Position numbers and translations under genes: made by a program
The notes under the pieces: generated by a model
Seen by the model: only the letters and a program-made list of their open reading frames with translations
Told to the model about the DNA's origin: nothing
Database searches by the model: none
Part shown: positions 48,098-55,216 of the stretch, one piece after another
Position numbering within the stretch: the first letter of the stretch is position 1
Layout: the number at the start of each line of letters is the position of its first letter
From: a virus
Length of the DNA stretch: 58,314 nucleotides
Virus record (IMG/VR): IMGVR_UViG_3300017694_000094
Location: 1 to 58,314 of that record
Strand: one strand, 5' to 3'

Positions 48098-48213
48098 CTG
48101 CGGCGTGGCGGAATCGATAGACGCTGAAAGTCGTAAGGCGAAGCTGGGCACCGGGCTAACTCAGGCTCCGTGAAGGACCAGCGTATTCCGGGTTTGAATC
48201 CCGGCCCGCAGCA
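48098..48213 (+). ncRNA. tRNA-Leu-derived / tRNA-like element lacking a recognisable anticodon arm
   Basis: GTGGCGGAATCGATAGACGC matches the class II tRNA-Leu D-arm. T-arm CCGGG-TTTGAAT-CCCGG. 6-bp acceptor pairing CTGCGG/CCGCAG. About 115 nt long. An exhaustive 5-7-5 scan of 48125-48187 found no anticodon stem-loop. Confidence 0.4.
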
Positions 48214-49104
48214 TCATTCCTCTTCAGCGTCGTTCCACTTGCCCCAATCGCCGGACTCCAGCGGCGTGTCCTTTGCCGGGCGCATCTCTTCGGGCAGGAA
48301 CGACAGCACCGTCTCGGTCAGGCCCTCCAGCGGCGTGTACGTCATCATCGTAATGCCGCCGGTCGTCATCGTGCGGATGCGCGCCTCGTCGTACACCGAC
48401 AACTCCGGTTCCTCGTCGACCCAGATCAGGTGCTGCGCCGTGCCCTGGAATGCCTTGCGCCCCTGCGCGTAGGATTTCAGGTTCAGCTTCGACCAGCCGC
48501 CCGACGAGTGACGGATCTTGATGTTGTCGATCAGATCCTGCGCGCCCTGCTTCCACGCAAGCTGACCGGGGTTGCGGCCGATCAACTCGGTCGGGATCAT
48601 GCCCGAGCCGTCCACGCTCTTGCGCGCGCCCTGATGCTGGATGTCGCCCAGCAGGATCACCTGGATAATGTCGCGCGTCGTCTCGTTGGTGTCGCCAGCT
48701 GCGATCGCGCGGATCGGGTGACGGAAGCGTCGCCCCTCCCACCAGTCGGGATAGATGCCGGTCAGGTGGCACGTCGTCTCGTACCCGCCGACGACGGTCT
48801 TGCCGACGCGGTTGCCGGCCATGAAGCAGCGCTCGACGTACTGCGCGCCCGCCTTGAAGAACTCCATGTGCCGCGGGTAGCCCGAGCGCGGCCAGTAATC
48901 CGACCACTCCCCATCGCCGACCTTCTTGAACTTCTCGGGGAACAGGTTCTCGAACTTGCGGTACTTCTGCTCCCACCGCTCTTGCTCGTAGATCTGGAGA
49001 AGGCTCTCGACGCGCTCAGCGCCCAGCCGCTCCACGATCTCCTGACCGGAGAGTTCTTGGACTCCGGCAGCAGTCAGGTGATCGCGAAGCCAGCCGGCGA
49101 ACAT
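48214..49104 (-). CDS. terL: terminase large subunit, N-terminal ATPase fragment
   Basis: Walker A AGNRVGKT (48796-48819), Walker B LIWVDEEP (48406-48426), then TYTPLEGLTETV. Ends with a 24-codon tail after LPE. Confidence 0.8.
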   Translation of the reverse strand: MFAGWLRDHLTAAGVQELSGQEIVERLGAERVESLLQIYEQERWEQKYRKFENLFPEKFKKVGDGEWSDYWPRSGYPRHMEFFKAGAQYVERCFMAGNRVGKTVVGGYETTCHLTGIYPDWWEGRRFRHPIRAIAAGDTNETTRDIIQVILLGDIQHQGARKSVDGSGMIPTELIGRNPGQLAWKQGAQDLIDNIKIRHSSGGWSKLNLKSYAQGRKAFQGTAQHLIWVDEEPELSVYDEARIRTMTTGGITMMTYTPLEGLTETVLSFLPEEMRPAKDTPLESGDWGKWNDAEEE

Positions 49105-49105
49105 G

Positions 49106-49252
49106 CTACCTCTTCTTCGGGCGGCGGCGCAGCCTGCCCCATGCAGCCAATCGCTCAGCCTTTTCCTCGAACTCGCGATCGCGGCGCTTGCAACGCGCCA
49201 TGTGCGCGACAGCCCAAGCCTTCGTGCCAGGGCGATAGCCGGCCTTCTTCAT
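49106..49252 (-). CDS. small basic protein (48 aa)
   Basis: ATGA-coupled start at 49252. G/C-ending codons. The stop is 1 nt from the terL start. Confidence 0.45.
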   Translation of the reverse strand: MKKAGYRPGTKAWAVAHMARCKRRDREFEEKAERLAAWGRLRRRPKKR

Positions 49253-49452
49253 GCGTCCTGCCCCGGTTTGATCTCGACAGATCGGATAGCGCAGCCGACC
49301 CAGCCCATGTGGGTATGCTCCCAGCCGTGGATGCACCACGGCGGGTCTTGCATCCCAAGCTGGTTGAACTCCTGCTGGAGATGCCCCAGCAGCTTGTGCG
49401 GGCCGAGCATCATCGTCTCGTTCCGCCAGCGCTCACGCGGTTGCCACGTCAT
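49249..49452 (-). CDS. small hypothetical protein (67 aa)
   Basis: ATGA-coupled start at 49452. G/C-ending codons read by hand. Confidence 0.5.
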   Translation of the reverse strand: MTWQPRERWRNETMMLGPHKLLGHLQQEFNQLGMQDPPWCIHGWEHTHMGWVGCAIRSVEIKPGQDA

Positions 49453-49601
49453 GCGAAAGCCTGCGCCGCGCGCCAGCCGCGCGTCCACGCCCTGCTACGG
49501 GAACAGCCCAGCGGGTACGGGTTGTCGAGGAACGACACACCGCGCTTCGCCGCAATGATGCCGTCGAGCCGCGCCTGATGCTCGCTGGTCGGGATGGTCA
49601 T
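49449..49601 (-). CDS. Rmf/CrpP-fold-like small protein (50 aa)
   Basis: GIIAAKRGVSFLDNPYPLGCSRSRAWTRGWRAA fits the G..A..G....(C/N)PY.......R..W..GWR.A pattern of ribosome modulation factor-like proteins. Confidence 0.45.
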   Translation of the reverse strand: MTIPTSEHQARLDGIIAAKRGVSFLDNPYPLGCSRSRAWTRGWRAAQAFA

Positions 49602-49783
49602 TCGTCGGCGCACAGCGCGACGTGACGCGCCATGCCCTCGGGCGAGATCGCCAGCCCGCAGTGCGGGCACGGCCGGCGCAGGCGGTTCGCCGCGGCCACC
49701 TTCGCGAGCCGCGCCTCGTTCAGCCGCCGGCTCTTCTCATGATTGCTCATGGGCGCGCCCGGCTCAAAGGGAGCCGCCGTCAT
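49598..49783 (-). CDS. small protein with CPHCG zinc-ribbon-like motif (61 aa)
   Basis: ATGA-coupled at both ends. Confidence 0.45.
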   Translation of the reverse strand: MTAAPFEPGAPMSNHEKSRRLNEARLAKVAAANRLRRPCPHCGLAISPEGMARHVALCADE

Positions 49784-49947
49784 CGGGCGGATGCCGGCAG
49801 AAGCCGCGTGGCGGTGCGGACGGGGATGCCCGCGCGCCATGCGGCTTCCTTGAACGTGCGGGAGGAAGCCAGCGCCGCGGTGAGACGGTCGCGCTTCTCG
49901 TCGGTCGCGCGGGTCCGCGCCGCGTTCGCTGGCCCCCATCCGCGCAT
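49780..49947 (-). CDS. small HTH-like protein (55 aa)
   Basis: TFKEAAWRAGIPVRTATRLL. Coupled start at 49947. Confidence 0.45.
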   Translation of the reverse strand: MRGWGPANAARTRATDEKRDRLTAALASSRTFKEAAWRAGIPVRTATRLLPASAR

Positions 49948-50729
49948 CAGATCAGCGCCTCCTTGCTGACACCGGCGCGGTTCAGCCGGTCGAGAAGGAT
50001 CTGCGCGTAGCGGAACATGGCGTCGTGCTGCTCGCCCATCGCCTGCGCTTCCTCGTTCGGCACGCCATCCCACGCGGGCTGTTCGAAGAAGCGGCCGAGC
50101 GCCTGCCACTTCGCGTTCAGCTGACGGTACTCGTCGATCATGCGGTCGACGTGCGCCGGGTAGCCGGACGGCGGCTGCGGCGGGGTCTGCGTTTGGCCGG
50201 CGAGGAAGGCGCGGAACGCCTCCGCCCGCTCGACGATACGCGGCGTCGGCGCGCTGGGATCACCAACGGCGAGGTGCAGCGCCGTGTGGCGATGCTGCTG
50301 GTCGACCTGCTCGGCGGTCGGCCGATAAACATCGTTGCTGGCGAAGTTCAGCGCGAACGTGTCGGGCGGCAGGTCATCGCTGCTGCCCGGCTCGTCGGCC
50401 GCGACATAGGTCGCCTCGAAAATGTCGGGCTTGCACGGGTAGATCTCGCCCTTCACGCCGCGGATGATCCAGTCGCCGACATCCGCCATCATCGTGCCTT
50501 CCTTGGTCACGATTTGGAGATATTGCGCCAACGGGTCTTTTGCCGTGGGCTGCCAACCAGCCCATCCCTCGGCTCCGACGCGAGCGCACAGCGCATCCTT
50601 CAGCCATTCCGGCAATGCGCTGAAGCAATTCGCCGTCGCGCCAGCCGGGGCGTTGAACGGCTCCAGCCGGTATTGCACGGCATCGATGGTCACCGGCTGC
50701 TTGCGCCAGCGGGTCGGGGTGTCGGTCAT
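49947..50729 (-). CDS. hypothetical protein (260 aa)
   Basis: ORF track. Protein-like two-domain sequence. Confidence 0.6.
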   Translation of the reverse strand: MTDTPTRWRKQPVTIDAVQYRLEPFNAPAGATANCFSALPEWLKDALCARVGAEGWAGWQPTAKDPLAQYLQIVTKEGTMMADVGDWIIRGVKGEIYPCKPDIFEATYVAADEPGSSDDLPPDTFALNFASNDVYRPTAEQVDQQHRHTALHLAVGDPSAPTPRIVERAEAFRAFLAGQTQTPPQPPSGYPAHVDRMIDEYRQLNAKWQALGRFFEQPAWDGVPNEEAQAMGEQHDAMFRYAQILLDRLNRAGVSKEALI

Positions 50730-51052
50730 GCGCCTTCCTCCTGAATGCCCGCCGGCTCAGCCTGACGGACGGTTACGGTGCCGGACACGGGCATCGCGCC
50801 CGTCTCTCCGGCGTCGACGACAGCGACGACGGTCCCGCCGCTGACGATCTCGGTGGCGAAGCTGGACGACTTCACCTCGATGCGGCCCTCGCCCTCGATC
50901 TCGACGGACAGGGTGTTGTGAATGACGCAGCTGCCCTCGGTCGTCTTCTCGAACTTCGAGCCGTCCTGCGCGATCGAGCGGCGGTCGCCGTCCGTGTTGT
51001 GCAGCACGTTGGTGACCGTCAGCGGTCCGCGGGTCTTGATGGTCGTGGTCAT
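50726..51052 (-). CDS. hypothetical beta-rich protein (108 aa, start MTTTIKTRG)
   Basis: ATGA-coupled start at 51052. Confidence 0.55.
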   Translation of the reverse strand: MTTTIKTRGPLTVTNVLHNTDGDRRSIAQDGSKFEKTTEGSCVIHNTLSVEIEGEGRIEVKSSSFATEIVSGGTVVAVVDAGETGAMPVSGTVTVRQAEPAGIQEEGA

Positions 51053-51468
51053 TCGCAGCTTCCTTCCATGATGCGGCCCTCGTCCCACCGCGGGACGTAG
51101 ACAGCCGCGCCGAGCGCCACCTGCCGACATGACAGGTCGACGCCACCGATCGTCACCTGGGCGACAGTGCGCCCGTAGTGGTCGCGCTTCAAGCGGCGGA
51201 CGTAGATCTCGCCCGGCAGGTCGACGCCAGCCGCGAGTTCGTCGCGCGCCGCCAGCGGATCACCGGGCACGCACGTCCGGCCGCGCCGACAGTGCCCCGG
51301 CATCTCGGGCGCGTCGATGCCGTTCAGCCGGATCCGCTCGCCGTCGATCTCCAGCGTGTCGCCGTCGATGACGCGGATTGGGTTCGAGATACGGTCGAAG
51401 GAGGCGACGATGACAGCGCCGCCCCCAACGATCATGGCGATACCCGCGAGGGGGGCCAGCAGCTTCAT
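51049..51468 (-). CDS. membrane-anchored thermonuclease (SNase-like)
   Basis: N-terminal TM segment LLAPLAGIAMIVGGGAVIVA, then VIDGDTLEIDGERIRLNGIDAPE, the SNase signature. Confidence 0.7.
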   Translation of the reverse strand: MKLLAPLAGIAMIVGGGAVIVASFDRISNPIRVIDGDTLEIDGERIRLNGIDAPEMPGHCRRGRTCVPGDPLAARDELAAGVDLPGEIYVRRLKRDHYGRTVAQVTIGGVDLSCRQVALGAAVYVPRWDEGRIMEGSCE

Positions 51469-51632
51469 GCCGCGTCCTTCGGCATGATCGCCATCAAGCC
51501 CGATGTGATCCCGATGAATATCGACATGGGCGCGAGGTTCATCATTTCGTGGCTGATTAGCACGATGCCCGCCGCGAAGCTGATGCCGGCCCCGGATGTG
51601 ATAGCGAGCAGCCGACGCTTCAGCAGCTTCAT
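51465..51632 (-). CDS. small 2-TM membrane protein (55 aa; below the ORF-track cutoff)
   Basis: Hand translation: MKLLKRRLLAITSGAGISFAAGIVLISHEMMNLAPMSIFIGITSGLMAIMPKDAA. ATGA overlaps at both ends. Confidence 0.55.
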   Translation of the reverse strand: MKLLKRRLLAITSGAGISFAAGIVLISHEMMNLAPMSIFIGITSGLMAIMPKDAA

Positions 51633-52327
51633 GCGCCCCGCTCCAGTTCGCGACCGCGCTTGATCGCAGCCAAGGCGACATCCTCCAACGTGCCATGAGG
51701 CGCGTCTTCGGCCTCGGCCGCGATCTTCCGCGCCTCGATCAGATCCGGGTCGACCGGCGGCGTCATCTCGGCGACGATCGCGCGGGCTTCCTCACGCAGC
51801 GGCTCCATCTGCGTGACGTAGTGGACGCCGGGTTGATCGGGGGCTGCCAGCCGCCGCGCCAGCGCTTCGAGACGGCCCAGCATCTCGGCTGCGGTCCTGA
51901 CGGGCTTGGTGGCGACGTTGCGTATGCGCCACTTCGCAATGTGGTGGCTACCGTCCTCGGCGAAGGTGAAATGCCCGAAGCCCTCGGGATCATCATTCGG
52001 CAGTTCCGGCGTCAGGTCATATTGATTGCCTGCATACGGCCCCATGCTGATCTTGACCGCCACGACCCGCCCATCCTCATGCACCGCCTCGATAGGTGCG
52101 CTCCAGTCGATGGGCTGGCGGTAGTGCGGGTGGTCGGCGGGGAGGCGGATATAGGTCAGCCGCCACCACGAAGAATCGCAGAACGTATCACCGGTGGTGC
52201 ACATATCGTCATTCCACACGCCGAACGGCCGGTTCCCGTCTTCCCACTGAAACTTATCAGCGCCGACCAGCCATGCCGGCCGCTTGCCGTCGACCTCGAT
52301 CGCCGGTCCCCATTCGATGTTGCTCAT
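51629..52327 (-). CDS. hypothetical protein, paralog of 11225..11857
   Basis: IEWGPAIEVDGKRPAWL and IRLPADH blocks are shared with 11225..11857. Confidence 0.6.
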   Translation of the reverse strand: MSNIEWGPAIEVDGKRPAWLVGADKFQWEDGNRPFGVWNDDMCTTGDTFCDSSWWRLTYIRLPADHPHYRQPIDWSAPIEAVHEDGRVVAVKISMGPYAGNQYDLTPELPNDDPEGFGHFTFAEDGSHHIAKWRIRNVATKPVRTAAEMLGRLEALARRLAAPDQPGVHYVTQMEPLREEARAIVAEMTPPVDPDLIEARKIAAEAEDAPHGTLEDVALAAIKRGRELERGA

Positions 52328-52515
52328 GATGCCTTCCTCTCTTCGGCCAGCGCCGCCTCCGCGATCTTGCGGAGGGCGAGGCCCTTGGTGGTCTTCGTGT
52401 CGGCCAGCCCGGCGATGATCTCGCGCAGCGCGGCCTCCATGCGCTGCGAGCGCGCCAGCTTCTCTTGCTGACGCGCCCGGTGTGCTGTTGCCCGCTCGGC
52501 GTTGGTTAGCGCCAT
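52324..52515 (-). CDS. small helical protein (63 aa)
   Basis: ORF track. ATGA overlap at 52324-52327. Confidence 0.5.
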   Translation of the reverse strand: MALTNAERATAHRARQQEKLARSQRMEAALREIIAGLADTKTTKGLALRKIAEAALAEERKAS

Positions 52516-52560
52516 GCCGTCACCCGCGCCCGGTTGGGCGGCTGTGGCAGTCGGGGCAGG

Positions 52561-52731
52561 TCATGCCAGTTGCGTCCTGCCCGTGATCGACACCGAAACA
52601 CCCGTGGGCAGTTCGCGGCGAACCTGCGCCAACAAGTCCGCGATCTCCGCCGTCGCCTCTTTCTGGTCGTTCGCCTCGACCTTGAAGTCGAGTGAGATGC
52701 GCTTGGTATAGGTCTTTGTCGCCATCATCAT
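52561..52731 (-). CDS. small hypothetical protein (56 aa; below the ORF-track cutoff)
   Basis: Hand translation: MMMATKTYTKRISLDFKVEANDQKEATAEIADLLAQVRRELPTGVSVSITGRTQLA. GGGAGA RBS and G/C-ending codons. Confidence 0.55.
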   Translation of the reverse strand: MMMATKTYTKRISLDFKVEANDQKEATAEIADLLAQVRRELPTGVSVSITGRTQLA

Positions 52732-52765
52732 TCTCCCTAGCAGCCCTCGCGGGCTCGGTTGCCTT

Positions 52766-52818
52766 CCGTTACGAACGTGTGCGCCCGTTCGTAACGATAG
52801 TCAAGCCCGTTCGTAACG
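52766..52818. promoter_or_regulatory. three copies of 12-bp motif CCGTTCGTAACG (one inverted)
   Basis: CCGTTACGAACG at 52766-52777 (inverted). CCGTTCGTAACG at 52785-52796 and 52807-52818, with 22 bp centre-to-centre spacing. Lies in an intergenic gap. Confidence 0.55.
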
Positions 52819-53031
52819 CTACCTCGCCGACCCGCGCCACTCGCCCCGGAAGGGCAGGAGCGCGCATTCGTGACCGCTCGCGGAGATCAGGCGCACCGGC
52901 TCGCCGCGGTTAACGGCGGTGTCGCGCAGCTGCGTGTACGTTTCCTCATGGCCGGGCAGGCAAGGGACGAACTGGTAGGCGATCAGCATCCCGCTCGCGA
53001 TGTCGGGCGTCGGCTCCGGGGCTTCGTCCAT
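52819..53031 (-). CDS. hypothetical protein (70 aa)
   Basis: ORF track. Confidence 0.5.
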   Translation of the reverse strand: MDEAPEPTPDIASGMLIAYQFVPCLPGHEETYTQLRDTAVNRGEPVRLISASGHECALLPFRGEWRGSAR

Positions 53032-53040
53032 GCTGCTCTC

Positions 53041-53544
53041 CTACTTCGCCGGTAGCGGGGTGACGTTCTTCAGGCTGCCGAGCGCGCCGTCGATGATCGA
53101 CGCCAGCTTCTGCGCGCGCTCATGCTGCGGGATCTGGTCACCGCCGCCCGCCATGTCCGGCGTGTTGAGCGTGCGGACGTTCGAGTAGACGCCGCCCATC
53201 TCCTTCGCTGCCTGCTCCATGATCTGGAGCGCCTGACCGCGGTTCTTCGCCTTGATCGCCTCGTCGAACATCGTCTGCATCTGGGCGAGGCGATAGCCTT
53301 GGTTCGCCAGCGGGACAGTCTCGACGCTGGTCAGGTACGCCTTGCGTGACGCCTCGAACAGCACGCGCCACTTCTCGGAAAGTTCGCGACCGGCGTAGCG
53401 CGTCGGGTCGTAGCAGACGATCGCCTGGATGGTGACATCCTCGTTCGTCTCTTCCTTCAGCCAGCGCAGAACAGCAGCCGGCGTCTCGTAGCACGCCAGC
53501 CGGCGGACGATCTCGGCTCTGACCTCTTCGGGCATTCTCGACAC
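53041..53544 (-). CDS. terS: terminase small subunit (DUF2280-like)
   Basis: EVRAEIVRRLACYETPAAVLRWLKEE...YDPTRYAG...KWRVLFEASRKAYL...PLANQGYRL...EQAAKEMGG matches the DUF2280 TerS pattern as I recall it. Confidence 0.7.
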   Translation of the reverse strand: MSRMPEEVRAEIVRRLACYETPAAVLRWLKEETNEDVTIQAIVCYDPTRYAGRELSEKWRVLFEASRKAYLTSVETVPLANQGYRLAQMQTMFDEAIKAKNRGQALQIMEQAAKEMGGVYSNVRTLNTPDMAGGGDQIPQHERAQKLASIIDGALGSLKNVTPLPAK

Positions 53545-53568
53545 TGCTGCTGGAGTCCTAAAGGATTG

Positions 53569-54054
53569 TTAAAGATGGACCGGCGACGCGAGGATGCCAA
53601 GCCCGTGCGTGGCTGCGCGCTTCAGCGCCTCGACGCCGCGCGGGCCAACGGCCATCAGCGCCGTGCCGTTCGACGGGCTGACACCCTCGGAGCCGTCAGG
53701 ACGGAGGAACCTGATCTTGCGCGTGAACAGCACAAGGTCAGCCTTCTCCCATGCTTCCCAGAACCACGGCGCGCTGGTGCGATCGGGGACGAGCGCGATG
53801 CCGTCGCCATGATCGAAGAACCGGTCGAGCCACGGGCCGAGCGCGTTGCGACCGCCGAAGGGCGGGTTCATCCATACGAAGCCGGTGCACGGGCGGTCGA
53901 GCGCGTCACGATGCAGCGAGCGGACAGCCGGGACGTGCGTGTTATTCCAGCGCGGGGCGGCCACGTCCATGTGGAACGTGCAGCCGAGCGCCGCGAAGAC
54001 GTGAGGAGGCGTGTACCATTCGTCGGATGCGCCGGCTGTTTCCCAATGGCTCAC
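53569..54054 (-). CDS. phage Dam-type N6-adenine DNA methyltransferase
   Basis: SDEWYTPPHVF...FHMDVAAP...FVWMNPPFGG. I chose the GTG start at 54054 behind GGAG; the track start at 54210 adds a Pro/Gln-rich extension. Confidence 0.65.
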   Translation of the reverse strand: MSHWETAGASDEWYTPPHVFAALGCTFHMDVAAPRWNNTHVPAVRSLHRDALDRPCTGFVWMNPPFGGRNALGPWLDRFFDHGDGIALVPDRTSAPWFWEAWEKADLVLFTRKIRFLRPDGSEGVSPSNGTALMAVGPRGVEALKRAATHGLGILASPVHL

Positions 54055-54154
54055 GGCAGCGATTGCTCCAGCCTGTTCCACACCCGCTTCAGGCTGGCCC
54101 GTGTGGTGGCGTGGTGCGCCTGGGCGCGGCGGCGGTTGTTGCAGGTGCGGAGCC

Positions 54155-54358
54155 TCATGACCGCTTCCCCATGCGATAGGCGGCGACGCCGACAACGCCG
54201 ATGCCAGCACCGATCCAGCGCGCCGCCGTTACCAGCACTGCGGCGACCACGAACGCGCTTATCAGCAATCCGTAGAAGACGAGGATGCCCGGCATGGCGA
54301 TCAATGCGGGAATGCCCTTGAAGACGATGCGATCGCCCTCGCGCTCGTACAGCCTCAT
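54155..54358 (-). CDS. small membrane protein (67 aa)
   Basis: ATGA-coupled start. PALIAMPGILVFYGLLISAFVVAAVLV. Confidence 0.5.
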   Translation of the reverse strand: MRLYEREGDRIVFKGIPALIAMPGILVFYGLLISAFVVAAVLVTAARWIGAGIGVVGVAAYRMGKRS

Positions 54359-54660
54359 GACTTCCTCCAGCGCTTCAGTGCCGCGGCCTTGGCGATCTCG
54401 CTGCGGCGCTCGGGCGATAGCTTGGCCGCGCGCGCCTTCCCGCCCTTGGCGCGGCCGGGCATAGGCACCGGCTTGCACCGCTTGTAGCTGATGATTGCGA
54501 CCGCAAGCCGCAGGCTGACCAGTTCCTCACCGCGGGCGACGGCGCGCTGCCCTTCCCGAGCGCGCGCGTTGTGCTGACGGAGATAGGCACGCGCCTTCTC
54601 CCGATCGCCGAAGCCGTGGGACAGCGTGTGGCCGCTGTCGAGCATGACCTGCCAGATCAC
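54355..54660 (-). CDS. hypothetical basic protein (101 aa)
   Basis: ORF track. The C-terminal GGKARAAKLSPERRSEIAKAAALKRW motif is common in phage DNA-binding proteins. Confidence 0.55.
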   Translation of the reverse strand: MIWQVMLDSGHTLSHGFGDREKARAYLRQHNARAREGQRAVARGEELVSLRLAVAIISYKRCKPVPMPGRAKGGKARAAKLSPERRSEIAKAAALKRWRKS

Positions 54661-54992
54661 GGTCTAACCCCCGCGCTCGCGAGCGTGTGCATCAGGCTCT
54701 TCAGCTTCTCGCCTGCGTCTGGATCATCCAGCCGGATAGTCGCGATCGGCTTCAGGCCATCGGGGAACGCCGCATTGTACGCGGAATCGAACCGCTCTCG
54801 GCACGCCGGGCATGTGCCCTGCTCGGGGTCGAGCGTCACGCGCACCTCGTCACCGTAGACGAGGTACAGGGTTACGCCGTCCGCGCTTCCCTCTTCCTTG
54901 CCGATCAGCTTCTTGCCGCACCACGTCACGCCTTCGCCGCGAGTGGTCGGGTGGCGGCTGTCGAGCCGGCCGTTGCGGAGATGCACCCTCAT
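54657..54992 (-). CDS. hypothetical protein (111 aa, start MRVHLRNG)
   Basis: ATGA-coupled start at 54992. The longer track ORF is a shadow extension. Confidence 0.5.
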   Translation of the reverse strand: MRVHLRNGRLDSRHPTTRGEGVTWCGKKLIGKEEGSADGVTLYLVYGDEVRVTLDPEQGTCPACRERFDSAYNAAFPDGLKPIATIRLDDPDAGEKLKSLMHTLASAGVRP

Positions 54993-55216
54993 GCCCGCTC
55001 CCCCTGATAGTCGATCGACCGGATATGGGCCTGCCATACCTTGTCGTGTGATCCGCATCCGTCGCGCAGCGCGCGGGCCTGCGTCAGCGCTCCCTCGAAG
55101 TCCTGCGCCCTCACGCGGAACAGGCGCTCGGCCGGCGCTACCTCGGCGCGGGCGGATTCGGCCGTACCCCCGTTCGAGAACGGCCACACCTCGATCTTGA
55201 TCGCGTAGTAGCCCAT
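54989..55216 (-). CDS. hypothetical protein (75 aa, start MGYYAIKIE)
   Basis: TGATG-coupled start at 55216. Confidence 0.5.
   Translation of the reverse strand: MGYYAIKIEVWPFSNGGTAESARAEVAPAERLFRVRAQDFEGALTQARALRDGCGSHDKVWQAHIRSIDYQGERA

Larger units (their letters stand above)
43891..48213. other. 4.3-kb segment separating the two terL fragments (3 CDS + non-coding region + tRNA-like element)
   Basis: Defined by the coordinates of the two terL fragments. I recognised no recombinase, intein or intron features. Confidence 0.8.

Noticed and set aside
43891-48213. Intein, group I/II intron or homing-endonuclease explanation for the terL interruption
   Set aside because: The gap holds three ordinary ORFs with their own RBS, two of them with signal peptides. 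I saw no Hint-domain blocks, LAGLIDADG/GIY-YIG/HNH motifs or reverse transcriptase, and the terL-C fragment has its own ATG.
48098-48213. attP core for integration into a host tRNA-Leu gene
   Set aside because: attP cores normally carry only the 3' part of a tRNA and sit beside an integrase. Here both D-arm and T-arm parts are present and no integrase is found. I kept it only as a minor alternative.
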